Shown here in pieces: positions 12,301 to 21,369 of a DNA stretch of 64,000 nucleotides. The stretch spans positions 28,086,001 to 28,150,000 of the forward strand of contig OZ249446.1 in the NCBI GenBank assembly GCA_965235115.1, written 5' to 3'. The notes under the pieces are model-generated. The model did not search any database and had not been told where the DNA came from. It worked only from the letters and a program-made list of their open reading frames with translations. The position numbers and the translations under genes are program-made. Origin of the DNA: Laetmonice hystrix. Taxonomy: Eukaryota. Position 1 is the first letter of the stretch. Every line of letters starts with the position of its first letter.

Positions 12301-15300
12301 CATTAGGCCGGACAAACACATCCTGCCACCGGGAAATGAACTTGGCCAGGTCAGTCAGGTCTGCGCCAGCCAGCTCAGCGCCCTGTACCATGTCGGCCAG
12401 GTGAGCTGGCAGTGACACGCCGGCAACGACAACAGGCAAATCGCAGGTACGGGGGTCGAAGTCGCCGCGCCAGTCGAACGGGGCATCACCCACAATGTCA
12501 GGGGTGGGGTTAGCGGGGTCCTCCGGCTCCCATGGCTCGCGGGGCACAGGGGCAGACAAGTCGGCCACCACGAACGCGGGGGCGCCGGCGTCAGGGGGCC
12601 AGGGCAGAGAAACACTGCCGCTCGGCTCGACGACTGCGAGGTGGTCAGATGACAGTTTACCCCGACGGACGGTGACGGCGGTGAGGGAACCCGGAGGGAG
12701 GATGGCAGGATCACACTCGACGGTGAACCCAGGTAGGGAGCCATCTGACACGAGGGCAACAGAGAGCACTGTGTGGTTCGATGGAGCGGGTGTGAGGGAG
12801 CGACGACCAGTCAACGGGAAAGGGCGGCCCTGAAGGTGAAGGACACCCGCAAGCCAATCAAGGCGTGCCCCGTAAGTGGCGAAAAAGTCGGCGCCCAACA
12901 GGCCGTGGGGCCCACCAAGGTCACAGACCAGGGCACAAACGGGGAAAACGGAGCTGTCAACAGTCAGTAGGCAGTCCCACTGCCCATGGACGTTCAGTCG
13001 ATCACCACCGGCCGAATGCAGGTGGATAACATGGTTAGTGTCCAGTTCACCGGGGGGTATGCGGCCCTCAAGGACCGCCGCGGGGAGACACGTGCGCATG
13101 GCACCAGTGTCAACCAACATTAAGATCGTGACATCTCCCACAGTGGCGCTGAGGTACCACTCGCAGGGGCCCGACACGCGGGCAACAACGCTGTCAGGAA
13201 CGGGTGAACCGGCCGGCGGGACGCATTGGAGATCAGTAGGGTCCCACCCGACATGAAACGCGGAGTAGGGTGGGCTGTCCGAGTCAAGGGAGTCGCTGTC
13301 CGCCGGTTGGGGATCGTCAGATGAGTCCCGACAGGCCCCATCTGCTGGGCCTGAGGGGGGCTCTGTCACAGCGCTCACTTTCGCGAAGTTCACCTTGCGC
13401 TGGTGCTGCTTGCTCGTGGGGCACTCCCGGGCCCAGTGACCTGGCTGGTGACATCTGAAGCATGGGCCATCGGGTGAAGGTTTGGGGGCAGGCCCTGCGG
13501 GGCCGCGAGGGTCTGCAGCCCTGGGCGGCGTAACGGGTGCCCTACCTCTGCGAGAGTGGAGGGCCAATCCATCTACTTTGCGGCCAAGACTGGCCATCAT
13601 CGTTTCCAGTCTCTGGACTCGGTGGAGCAGGTCCGACTGGTGTGGGGCTGACGGAGGCGGGTCGTCAGGCCGGTGCTGGTCAGCAACAGGATGAGGAGCG
13701 GGGCGTGGGGGCTTGCCTTGCAAGTGGCGGCTGCCCTCCTGCGGGGGGCGCTGGGTGCGCCTGTCCACCCAGGCTTGCTCGATAGCCTGGGGTTGAGGAT
13801 CATTGCCGGAGTCAGTGGACGCAGGGTTGGCCACGTGGCCAACTAGCCCCTCACGGCTCTTACGTCGCACCATAATGCGGTTTAAACGCGATGCCTCCTC
13901 GGCGGCAGCGAGCAACGTCGGGGGGTTTAGTTCTGCCAGTCGCTGTCCAAGTTCTTGGTTACGCAGGCCATCACAGAACTGGGTGACCAACCAGGAGGCT
14001 GAATCTGGGTCACCACCATGCACTCTAATGGCTAAAGTGCACAACGCATCCCGGAACTGCATGAAGGTCTCGCCTTTTTCCTGGCGCCGGTCATGCAGCT
14101 CAGTGATGCACTCGTCCAGCTGGCGGTGAGGTGCATAAGTTCCGCGCAAGCGGTCGATGCATGCGGAGTAGGTACGGCGGGCACTCGGGATGGCCATCAA
14201 GGTGGTGCGGGCCTTGCCCTGGACAAGGGACTGCAACCGATCACAACGGACCTGGTCAGACCAGCCATTGTTGTCAGCTGCCTCCTGAAAATGGGCGAAC
14301 CATGTCCGCCAGGACTCGACATCCGGGTTAAACGGGCGGACGTCCATGCGTGTACGGAGAAGAGAGGCCGCGGGAAGGGCATTGGTTAACGCTGGGGGGC
14401 CATCCTCCATCAAGTCAGGTGACCGGTTCTGCACTGCTGCAGTGATAGGGTCAGATGGCCAGGAAGGCGCACCTCCCTGTCGTGGGGGAGCACGGGGCCA
14501 TGTCTCCGGGCCAACAAGGGCAGGTGGGCCGTCCGCAGGGTGGCGCAAATACGGGGAGTAGCGGCCGGCATGTACATGGCCAAGTGTGTACCCGCTATCG
14601 GTCTCGCGCGGTGGGGGAGCAAACATGCTCTCACCTGCCAGTCGCGGGTGTATGGACCGGGTCACGGGCGGCGGCGGCGGCGGCTGGTGGGCAGGGCCCA
14701 CCCACTCCGGGCGGCGCGAGGGCGTGTGGAAGGCCGGCTGATCCTGGCGATCAGGCGGGGCCGGGGGGCGTGTACGGACGAGTTGGTCCAGCCAGGCCAC
14801 GGAATGCGTAGGGGGGCGGGGCCGGTCCCAAGTACCAACATCATCAGCAGGGCCCAACCCGGTCGGGGGTGGGACAGCCCTGGTGAGGAGTGGAGGGGGG
14901 TGGGCACGGTCCCAAGTACCGACGTCATCAGCAGGGCCCAACCCGGTTGGGGGTGGGACAGCCCTGGTGAGGAGTGGAGGGGGGTGGGCACGGTCCCAAG
15001 TACCGACGTCATCAGCAGGGCCCAACCCGGTTGGGGGTGGGACAGCCCTGGTGAGGAGTGGAGGGGGGTGGGCACGGTCCCAAGTACCGACGTCATCAGC
15101 AGGGCCCAACCCGGTTGGGGGTGGGACAGCCCTGGTGAGGAGTGGAGGGGGGTGGGCACGGTCCCAAGTACCGACTTCATCAGCAGGGCCCAACCCGGTC
15201 GGGGGTGGGACAGCCCTGGTGAGGGGTGTAGGGGGGTGGGCCCCGACAGTGGGCGGGGAATCATGCGAGGTGGCCCCTGCAGTGCCCCGTAAAGGGGGGT

Positions 15301-15730
15301 TGTGGACGAGACGAGTGAGGGTCAACTGCAGTTGGTCCAACTGTGCGCGTTGGAGTTCGTCACGCTGACGCTCCCGCTCGCGTTGCAGGTTGTCACGCTC
15401 ATCCATGCGCGACAGCACCTGAGCCAGGTAGTGAGCAAGGGGGTCGCCACCCCCGGCCGGCCGTTGGGCGGTGGGGGCTGGCGGTGCGACGGCAGAACGA
15501 TAGACGGGGTCGGAGGGCGGGTCAGGAGGGCCGGGCCCAGGGGAACCCCAATAGTGTGAGCGGGTGCGGTGGGCAACGGCGGCGTCGTCGACGCCCTGCG
15601 GTGGTCCGGCATCGGGCCGCGGCGAGACAGGTCGCCCCCCACCCCCCGCGGCAGCGAGTGGCGGGGGCGGGGAACCCGGACGGGGGGGACCCGGGGCGGC
15701 ACTGCCGAGCGGCAGAGGCGGGTGAGACAT
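9368..15730 (-). CDS. gag-pol: Gypsy-A fused Gag-Pol polyprotein (2120 aa)
   Basis: Gag core (FNPDVESWRTWFAHF), CCHC knuckle CFRCHQPGHWAREC, protease LVDTGA, RT (LRFCIDYR...FVDD), RNase H LDTDASGG, IN zinc-binding region HASPQACH...CLECVPC, DDE core (VDILGP / HSDQGREFES / VERFNRT), GPY/F motif GPYLV. No stops. Confidence 0.97.
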   Translation of the reverse strand: MSHPPLPLGSAAPGPPRPGSPPPPLAAAGGGGRPVSPRPDAGPPQGVDDAAVAHRTRSHYWGSPGPGPPDPPSDPVYRSAVAPPAPTAQRPAGGGDPLAHYLAQVLSRMDERDNLQRERERQRDELQRAQLDQLQLTLTRLVHNPPLRGTAGATSHDSPPTVGAHPPTPLTRAVPPPTGLGPADEVGTWDRAHPPPLLTRAVPPPTGLGPADDVGTWDRAHPPPLLTRAVPPPTGLGPADDVGTWDRAHPPPLLTRAVPPPTGLGPADDVGTWDRAHPPPLLTRAVPPPTGLGPADDVGTWDRPRPPTHSVAWLDQLVRTRPPAPPDRQDQPAFHTPSRRPEWVGPAHQPPPPPPVTRSIHPRLAGESMFAPPPRETDSGYTLGHVHAGRYSPYLRHPADGPPALVGPETWPRAPPRQGGAPSWPSDPITAAVQNRSPDLMEDGPPALTNALPAASLLRTRMDVRPFNPDVESWRTWFAHFQEAADNNGWSDQVRCDRLQSLVQGKARTTLMAIPSARRTYSACIDRLRGTYAPHRQLDECITELHDRRQEKGETFMQFRDALCTLAIRVHGGDPDSASWLVTQFCDGLRNQELGQRLAELNPPTLLAAAEEASRLNRIMVRRKSREGLVGHVANPASTDSGNDPQPQAIEQAWVDRRTQRPPQEGSRHLQGKPPRPAPHPVADQHRPDDPPPSAPHQSDLLHRVQRLETMMASLGRKVDGLALHSRRGRAPVTPPRAADPRGPAGPAPKPSPDGPCFRCHQPGHWARECPTSKQHQRKVNFAKVSAVTEPPSGPADGACRDSSDDPQPADSDSLDSDSPPYSAFHVGWDPTDLQCVPPAGSPVPDSVVARVSGPCEWYLSATVGDVTILMLVDTGAMRTCLPAAVLEGRIPPGELDTNHVIHLHSAGGDRLNVHGQWDCLLTVDSSVFPVCALVCDLGGPHGLLGADFFATYGARLDWLAGVLHLQGRPFPLTGRRSLTPAPSNHTVLSVALVSDGSLPGFTVECDPAILPPGSLTAVTVRRGKLSSDHLAVVEPSGSVSLPWPPDAGAPAFVVADLSAPVPREPWEPEDPANPTPDIVGDAPFDWRGDFDPRTCDLPVVVAGVSLPAHLADMVQGAELAGADLTDLAKFISRWQDVFVRPNAPLGRTDRAVHVIDTQDARPIKVRPRPVPSAMREACAQQLEDMLADGIITPSSSPWSAPIVMAKKKDGGLRFCIDYRELNAVTVKDSYPMPRTEDCLEVLGGNSWFCSVDLASGFWQIPLDPASREKTAFSTDRGLYEFTVMPYGLCNAPATFERLIDSLLQGIIGDGLAPFVDDVTVCGTGISSVFDRLDQLFSRLYNAGLTLKPKKCVLFRRRVEFLGHVVSSEGIHTQPDKIARVANWPTPRSQKQVRSFLGLAAYYQRFVPDYAAKAAPLYRLVGKNVPFLWTDECQRNFDRLKSDLVSAPVLAFPHPTARYILDTDASGGAMGAVLSQTVDGQERVIAYAAKMFHKSQRRYCTTLRELAAVVTFVRKFRKYLYGRQFTIRTDHASLVWLARFRDSDDMLARWLAYLYTYDWDIQHRPGIRHGNADALSRYPLDTKPIRCHRNGCRDCCATPSAAEPAVRAASLPDTSDHSSEWWLPVMSLSDLRATQRADPHVGRACILLDGDVRPPPEVTRDAAAETRSLLAQWPSVHLHDGILVREYKVQTPHPHTRLQVVAPQSIRHLIFQALHASPQACHLGGTRTYNLITQRFYWPGCSAAIRRWCLECVPCARAKPGPGKGRAPLRQDSVSAPMERVAVDILGPLRETPAGNEYVLVACDYFTKWVQVWPLPDHRAPTVAQALVTDLFLPFGAPTQLHSDQGREFESRLIAALCRGYNIDKTRTTPYRPQSDGLVERFNRTILQMLRTFVDGDPTDWDTRIFYCAAAYRATVHDSTGCTPNFLMLGREVNVPAAIMFGAVHVALDRPCPVAYVERVLQAHWAAHAFVRAHVGRAARRQKRQYDRALKPRTFQVGDAVMVLDVPRANTKLGAPWAGPYLVIERVNDLVYVIAMGTTGRRCLHVDLLKPAPPSPDPDPPATPHPPPHPQSPGVVSTTPDGPPVSPDADTPQGPGPPSPARRPQRHRRLPGWRMLDLYS
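14815..15245 (-). repeat. 84-bp tandem repeat (about 5 units) in the Gypsy-A gag N-terminal region
   Basis: Encodes repeated TRAVPPPTGLGPAD(D/E)VGTWDRAHPPPLL (28 aa); ggtcccaagtacc recurs about every 84 nt. Confidence 0.95.
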
Positions 15731-16561
15731 GGCCCAGTAGCGACACTAAGTCACAGTCACGAACAGTACCAACGGTAAACGCACAATAAAATCCCACCGG
15801 GGGGGGGGGGGGGGGGAAATTGGCCAAGCCAAAGGCGAGCAGCCACAAAAAAAACGGCTGCCTCACAGTCACAGGATAGCAAGCGAAAATGAGGGTTGAC
15901 TCTAAAGTCTAGTATTAAACTCCAGTCGACAGCAAACAGCCACCCGGCCAGGTCTACAGCTAGACCAGACCAGTCTAGAACTACTAAACTAGTATAAGGG
16001 CCAGTCAGCACGACAACAGCAAGCACACAGCAAGCAACCACCCGACCGGGCCTAGGCCCAGATTCATCTACGACCAGAAAATACAATGTAGCAAATGTTT
16101 GCAATGAGGTCACACCACTCACAACAACAACAGGGAGGGGGGGATGGGCTCTACCTGTATATTATACTATCTAGAGAACCAGTGCCGGCGACACGACTGA
16201 ACCCACAAGAGAAAAAAATATATAATGACAGCGTCAGGCACACGGACAGATCATAACCAAATCACCCTGACAAAACTAAGGGTCCAGTCTAGACCGTACA
16301 CACATAGGTACACAGTGTCACAGGCTAAACCAACACGCACACTGCCACTACGACACTAGGCCCAAGCGGGGAGCCAGACCTGAGGCGGAGCCGGGGCTAG
16401 GCTCACCCGGCAACGGGGGAGCCCCAGGCGGGCACCGGGGCGAGAGGGGGGGGGGGGGGGGGCGGGGCGGCCACACAAGCAGCCTGCAAAAAAAACGGGC
16501 AAAAAGACGGAAAAACAAGACAGGTCTAAACAAGACAGCGGGGGAGAAAGTCACCGGACGA

Positions 16562-16579
16562 CAACGGGTTGCGGGACCA
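16562..16579 (-). promoter_or_regulatory. Gypsy-A primer binding site (tRNA not assigned)
   Basis: TGGTCCCGCAACCCG begins 1 nt inside the 5' LTR end. TGGTCC fits a tRNA with A73 and C1:G72 (Tyr-type), but the rest could not be matched from memory. Confidence 0.7.
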
Positions 16580-16580
16580 A

Positions 16581-17261
16581 TGTAACACTATTACTAGCCT
16601 ACCATAGACGTGCTATTACCAATACTTGACAACTACCGCCGACCAGTCCAAACGTGGCAGCAGCCGGTGTTACGGCTAGGGGCGGCGAGGCCTAGCCCAG
16701 CCGCTGTCACAGACTCCCGTGAGGTTCTCCCCTGGGACCCGGGAAACGCCCCAAACGAGGGGGGGGGGCGGCTTAATGCCCTACAACTTGTACAAAGTAT
16801 GGGGTCTATCCCTGATAGGCCTAGACTACGGCTGCGAGGTGGGTGGCCCGGCCAACCCCTTCCCACTCCCTGAGTGGGGACACAAAATGGCGGCCGCAGA
16901 TGGCAAGAACAACACGAGGCCTACTCACGTTTAACACAAGTCGTGTTGACCAAAGTGAGGCACCCGGACGCCTACAGACGGGTCAGACTCCACTACCACA
17001 CTAGGCCTAACTACCCCCTACTGCACGCGGAACCTGGCAGGTCTTCCTATGAGTGGGGGTGACACGTAGATCCACGAGACTTCGTCCCCGGGCACAGATG
17101 GGCAAAGCTAGCCAAACACGTCCGTGCTCATGGAGGGATCTGTGAAGTCTGCCTCTCCCTCGTCGGACGGCCCAGGTCACCCGCCAACGCGCATGCGCGG
17201 GCGGGTCACTGGGTCACCGGAATGCCAATCGTCAGAAGACGAGGGAAATACAAACGCCACA
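16581..17261 (-). repeat. Gypsy-A 5' LTR (681 bp)
   Basis: Near-identical to 7450-8132; adjacent to the PBS. Confidence 0.97.
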
Positions 17262-17694
17262 ATATATAGGCATATGTAACTTTTCTGGCAAACTTTATCC
17301 GTCGTTGGAAAGATGTGTAATAGACGTAATTTTTTTAACGATATATGCGTCGAAGAAAAGACGTCTAATAGGCTAGATGTGAAAATGTTTGCATTATTTT
17401 GGGGTCTAGGAAAAAGACAGCTAATAGACGTCGTTTTCACAAAGATCTTGCAAGGTTGTTGAAGCATCAAAGGATTGATGCATAATAGATGTAACTTTCG
17501 TGGCATACATTAGACGTCGTCGAAAAGATGTGTAATAAACGTAATTTTTTTAATGATATAGGCGTCGAAGAAAAGACGTCTAATAGATGTGAAAATGTTT
17601 GCATTATTTTGGGATCTAGGAAAAAAAGACATCTAATAGACGTCGTTTTCACAAAGATCTCGCAAGGTTGTTGAAGCATCAAAGGATTGATGTA
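17262..17694. repeat. About 212-216-bp tandem repeat, split by Gypsy-A (left remainder at about 7405-7449)
   Basis: gaagcatcaaaggattgat occurs at about 7429, 17461 and 17673. Removing Gypsy-A restores the periodicity. Confidence 0.85.
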
Positions 17695-17697
17695 TTA

Positions 17698-17771
17698 GGC
17701 CAAAAAAAAAAAGTTTCGTTTCTTGTCCTTTCATATAAAAAAAATGGTGCGGTGACGCGGTTTTTTTTTTT
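17698..17771 (+). mobile_element. Truncated left end of the same Harbinger-type MITE found at 48336-48725
   Basis: tta followed by ggccaaaaaaaaaaagtttcgtttcttgtcctttcatataaaaaaaatggtgcggtgacgcgg matches the start of the 48336 copy, then breaks off. Confidence 0.85.
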
Positions 17772-17840
17772 GACTTAGGAAGGACTTCGAGAACTAGGTA
17801 ACTTTGAACTAGGAGGGACATTGAGAAGTAGATTTCCAGA

Positions 17841-18788
17841 GTGAAGATGGCGGTTGATTTTGATACTTTTGTTATACAGTTCAGCATTTGCCTTTGGACT
17901 TCGATTGTTCTGTTGCATTTGGTGTCGAACTGTGTTAGGCGAGTCTGTAAAGATTCTGGTAGGAGTAAGAGGGAGAATACCTCACAAACGGGTAGTGAGC
18001 AGATTGACAGCACACACAGTCGGGACACACCTGACCTGGGCGCTGTGTTGACACCTGGTGGCAGACAACAGTGCCATTCAGGAAGGGTCACACGACCAGA
18101 GGTGCACAATCAGACATGGTGGTACAACGGCACTGCCCCACCCACTAACACTGCACATTGCATGCCCAGACCCGAGTGTTGCGGATATTGGGATGAACGG
18201 CAAAAGCTCATAGGCAATGACTACGTTGTTGACCCGCTTTTAGTTAGAGGATACAATGACCTTAGATACCGTTCACCTGTGGATGAATATCATCACCAGT
18301 ATGTGCCATACCAGAGCGCACCTGTCAGTAACAGATGTATGTGTGACAGATATCAAATCCCTGTGCTAGGAAGGTATACAGACAACAGGCCTTATGAGTA
18401 TGAAAACAATTTTATGGCAGAATCAGGGTACCCCTGCATGTACTCAGAGGATAGGTTCCAGACACAGAGGACTAGAGGCAGACAGGCACAACCTAGGCTA
18501 GGACAGATGTATGACTGGTTCCCCGTTAATAGGCCCCCAGTGTGCCGGGTCGACCAGCGTACAGGCTGGCAACAGCCGGCCGACTATCAGTTGCCCATGG
18601 CTATGCCAGATAATTTTAGGACTAGCAGACTACCGGCTGCTGAACTGAGTAGATATGCTAACCCGCAAGCATACGAGAATGAAAGAGGACAAGTAGATTT
18701 AAACGCTACAGGGCTGGATACGTGCCCCAGTTTCCAGCCAATATATACTATGACAATGGGTAAACGTTTGATAAGTTTCGTACTGTGA
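17841..18788 (+). CDS. Orphan ORF (315 aa): N-terminal hydrophobic segment, then a Y/P/Q/R-rich region
   Basis: Long stop-free frame in AT-rich DNA; FVIQFSICLWTSIVLLHLV near the N terminus. No family recognised. Confidence 0.5.
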   Translation: MKMAVDFDTFVIQFSICLWTSIVLLHLVSNCVRRVCKDSGRSKRENTSQTGSEQIDSTHSRDTPDLGAVLTPGGRQQCHSGRVTRPEVHNQTWWYNGTAPPTNTAHCMPRPECCGYWDERQKLIGNDYVVDPLLVRGYNDLRYRSPVDEYHHQYVPYQSAPVSNRCMCDRYQIPVLGRYTDNRPYEYENNFMAESGYPCMYSEDRFQTQRTRGRQAQPRLGQMYDWFPVNRPPVCRVDQRTGWQQPADYQLPMAMPDNFRTSRLPAAELSRYANPQAYENERGQVDLNATGLDTCPSFQPIYTMTMGKRLISFVL

Positions 18789-20407
18789 GATTAGCAGATG
18801 AAGCACATGAGTTTAGATGTCAGGACAATGACAGTTTCGTGGACGGTGATGATTTTCCACCTGAGAATAGTCGTGCTCATTTCGATGACTGCACACTTGT
18901 GACTGAACTTGAGACGGAGGTTCAAGGGTATGACTGTCCGGAGGATGTTAGTAGTGTCAGTCCGGGAGGTGACTGTCCACTTGGTATTTTCTGTCAGAGT
19001 TGTCGTCAGTTGGATGAGTTTAGTAGTGATAGTCAAGGTGATGACTGTCCAGTGGATGTTTTTAACGGTCAAAGTGGTGACCAGTTGAATAAGTTTAGTA
19101 GTGATAGTCAAGGTGATGACTGTCCGGTTGATGCTTTTAACGGTCAAAGTTGTGACCAGTTGGATGAGTTTAGTAGTGATAGTCAGGGTGATGACTGTCC
19201 AGTTGCTTTTAACGGTCAAAGTTGTGACCAGTTAGATGAGTTTAGTAGTGATAGTCAGGGTGATGACTGTCCAGTTGCTTTTAACGGTCAAAGTTGTGAC
19301 CAGTTGGATGAGTTTAGTAGTGATAGTCAGGGTGATGACTGTCCAGTTGCTTTTAACGGTCAAAGTTGTGACCAGTTGGATGAGTTTAGTAGTGATAGTC
19401 AGGGTGATGACTGTCCAGTTGATGTTTTTAACGGTCAGAGTTGGGACCAGTTAGTTGAGGAGCCTAGTAATAGTGAGATTGATGATTTGTCGGATTATCA
19501 TGGCGACGATCAAAGTAACTGCACCGTAGGTGGTAGTGAGATTCAGGTAACGGATAGGAACATATTTGTACCGAAAACCTATGCGAGATTTGAAGTGTTC
19601 AGTGGTGTAATTCCAAAGTTACGGTATGCACAGAAAAGGGTTGTGTTGTGCATGAGTAGCACATTGTTCACTCTGCAACGGTATTTAGGTCTTACGTGGC
19701 AGAAACTTGTGGGTTTGTTTGTGTTTCTTGAACACATGACGTCTTTATTTTGTGTCAGGTCAAAGATGTGGATGGCCCATAGTTTATTGAGATACCTGTC
19801 AAGTCTAGAGAAGGCTGTAAGCTTTGAAGTGCAGAATTTTGGAAGGTTGTTGGCCTGGAAGTTGAGTAGACCAAGAGAGCGTCCATTGAGGCCAAGGAAT
19901 GGGTCCGGGACCCAAGGTCAGGGATATGGAGCTGGTTCTATGGAGGAGCTTCAGGCAACAGGTGAACCTTCGTGTGATGATAGGGATGAGGCTGTTCAGT
20001 ATGGCACCCTAGTTACTTACATAGCGTCAGGTTTTTTAGCGTACAGAGTCGCAGGCCTAAAGGTGAACATGACATTGACAAGACGTATTGAACCAAAGAT
20101 CCTTGCTACACGTAATCTCAGATTGTTTGTTAGATGTAACACAGACTGTGCGGGGACCCCCACTGATCACCGGGCCCCAGTGATAATGATGGCTGACCAT
20201 CATGGTGGCCGTCCACCTGATGACATTCGCCACTTGGACGATGTTGGCTGCCTGGCTATCCTGCAGAGAGGAGAGGCCACCAATAACACAAACACAGGTG
20301 AGATACCTGTAAAACCACATTGGGAGGTCATGACCGTGACCGACCAGAACGGAGGCCGCCCACCTGACGATGGTGATGTAAGAGATGGAAAGCGCCACTA
20401 CACGTAG
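18785..20407 (+). CDS. Orphan ORF (540 aa) with acidic Cys-containing 24-25-aa repeats and two GGRPPDD motifs
   Basis: About six DDCPV(D)xFNGQSCDQLDEFSSDSQG units at about 18950-19460. Starts at a GTG overlapping the previous stop, so it is probably the continuation of the upstream ORF. Confidence 0.5.
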   Translation: MRLADEAHEFRCQDNDSFVDGDDFPPENSRAHFDDCTLVTELETEVQGYDCPEDVSSVSPGGDCPLGIFCQSCRQLDEFSSDSQGDDCPVDVFNGQSGDQLNKFSSDSQGDDCPVDAFNGQSCDQLDEFSSDSQGDDCPVAFNGQSCDQLDEFSSDSQGDDCPVAFNGQSCDQLDEFSSDSQGDDCPVAFNGQSCDQLDEFSSDSQGDDCPVDVFNGQSWDQLVEEPSNSEIDDLSDYHGDDQSNCTVGGSEIQVTDRNIFVPKTYARFEVFSGVIPKLRYAQKRVVLCMSSTLFTLQRYLGLTWQKLVGLFVFLEHMTSLFCVRSKMWMAHSLLRYLSSLEKAVSFEVQNFGRLLAWKLSRPRERPLRPRNGSGTQGQGYGAGSMEELQATGEPSCDDRDEAVQYGTLVTYIASGFLAYRVAGLKVNMTLTRRIEPKILATRNLRLFVRCNTDCAGTPTDHRAPVIMMADHHGGRPPDDIRHLDDVGCLAILQRGEATNNTNTGEIPVKPHWEVMTVTDQNGGRPPDDGDVRDGKRHYT

Positions 20408-20511
20408 AGGACCAACAGAAGAGAGATGGAAGGGAACTTCAGGCCTACCCCATACCCTCGTCGCCATGCAACGCCACCGCAAGGATGACGTTGGAGATGT
20501 GGTAACTACTG

Positions 20512-20655
20512 GAGTAAGATGTTGGTGTCCATGCCGCACGCTTACTTTTCTCTATCCACACTTTGCGGAGCTTGGGATCCTCAGGAAAGTTGAAAAAACT
20601 TCTTCCAGAGGACGACCTATTGCTGCAGCCAATTGCAGCATAAAAACCATCGCGG
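20512..20655 (-). pseudogene. Truncated, degenerate THAP domain (DNA-transposon remnant)
   Basis: Manual translation gives GFYAAIGCSNRSSSGRSFFNFPEDPKLRKVWIEKSKRAAWTPTSYS, matching the THAP C-x4-C...FP...R..W...W.P pattern. The first Cys is changed to Tyr and the sequence ends before C-x2-H. Confidence 0.7.
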
Positions 20656-21000
20656 TAAACTCAAAAATTTGTGGTAGAAAGAAAAATAAACGAGGTAAGG
20701 GGGTGACAGCCAAGTTGAGCCAAGCATAAAGCCTATAGAGAACTAACTGATGCCAGGGCGGCTGCTGCTGCCGGTGGAACTTTTGACGTCATGACCCAGT
20801 TGCAATCTGAAACGCCCCAGATGGAGGTTGGAGGAATTTTTATGGCCCTGCTAGGTTATAAAAGTCGCTTTTACAGGAAACTTCTAAATGTAGTCAGACT
20901 GAAACAATCGGGGACTGTTACAATCAGGGTCAGAGTATGTAGTCATCCAGGTTTTAAAAGGTTGGAATATGATCTTTAAGTGGTGCGTGCAGGCTGGGCA

Positions 21001-21369
21001 GTCTTTCCCAGCCATTTTGGTCGCGTGACAGAAACGATGTTCAATCCCTAGTTTAGTGGCGAAATCATATGCGAGACGACGAACGTCAATGATGGTCAGT
21101 CCAAATAGAGATTTCTCCATCGCCTGGATTTGCTCAACTAGCATGGACTCGTATTCAGCATGAAAGTCAGGCCTAAAACGACCAAGTTTTAGAGTTCCGG
21201 GTTTAGCAACTTTACTGTCACGGTGTCGCCTAAGCGTTTTACGTGGTATGCCATATCGTTTGGACACGGCCTTGAGTGACTCGCCCATCTCAACTGAGTG
21301 AAGTGCCTCTACCAACGCCTGCTCCCCATAAGACGCACGTTGTGTCTTTCTCTTGTATGTTCTCGGCAT
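21001..21369 (-). pseudogene. 5' fragment of a pogo/Tigger-type transposase (pipsqueak HTH plus CENP-B-type HTH)
   Basis: MPRTYKRKT...YGIPRKTLRRH...FGLTIIDVRRLAYDFA...KMAGKD; similarity stops at AGKD and there is no DDE domain. Confidence 0.85.

Larger units (their letters stand above)
7450..17261 (-). mobile_element. Gypsy-A: full-length Ty3/gypsy LTR retrotransposon, apparently intact
   Basis: TG...CA LTRs at 7450-8132 and 16581-17261; 4-bp TSD ATAT (7446-7449, 17262-17265); PBS beside the right LTR; PPT beside the left LTR; single gag-PR-RT-RH-IN ORF. Confidence 0.97.

Noticed and set aside
9524-15789. Many + strand and alternative-frame ORFs overlapping Gypsy-A gag-pol
   Set aside because: Expected shadow ORFs of a GC-rich, stop-poor coding region and of the 84-bp repeat; no recognisable motifs.
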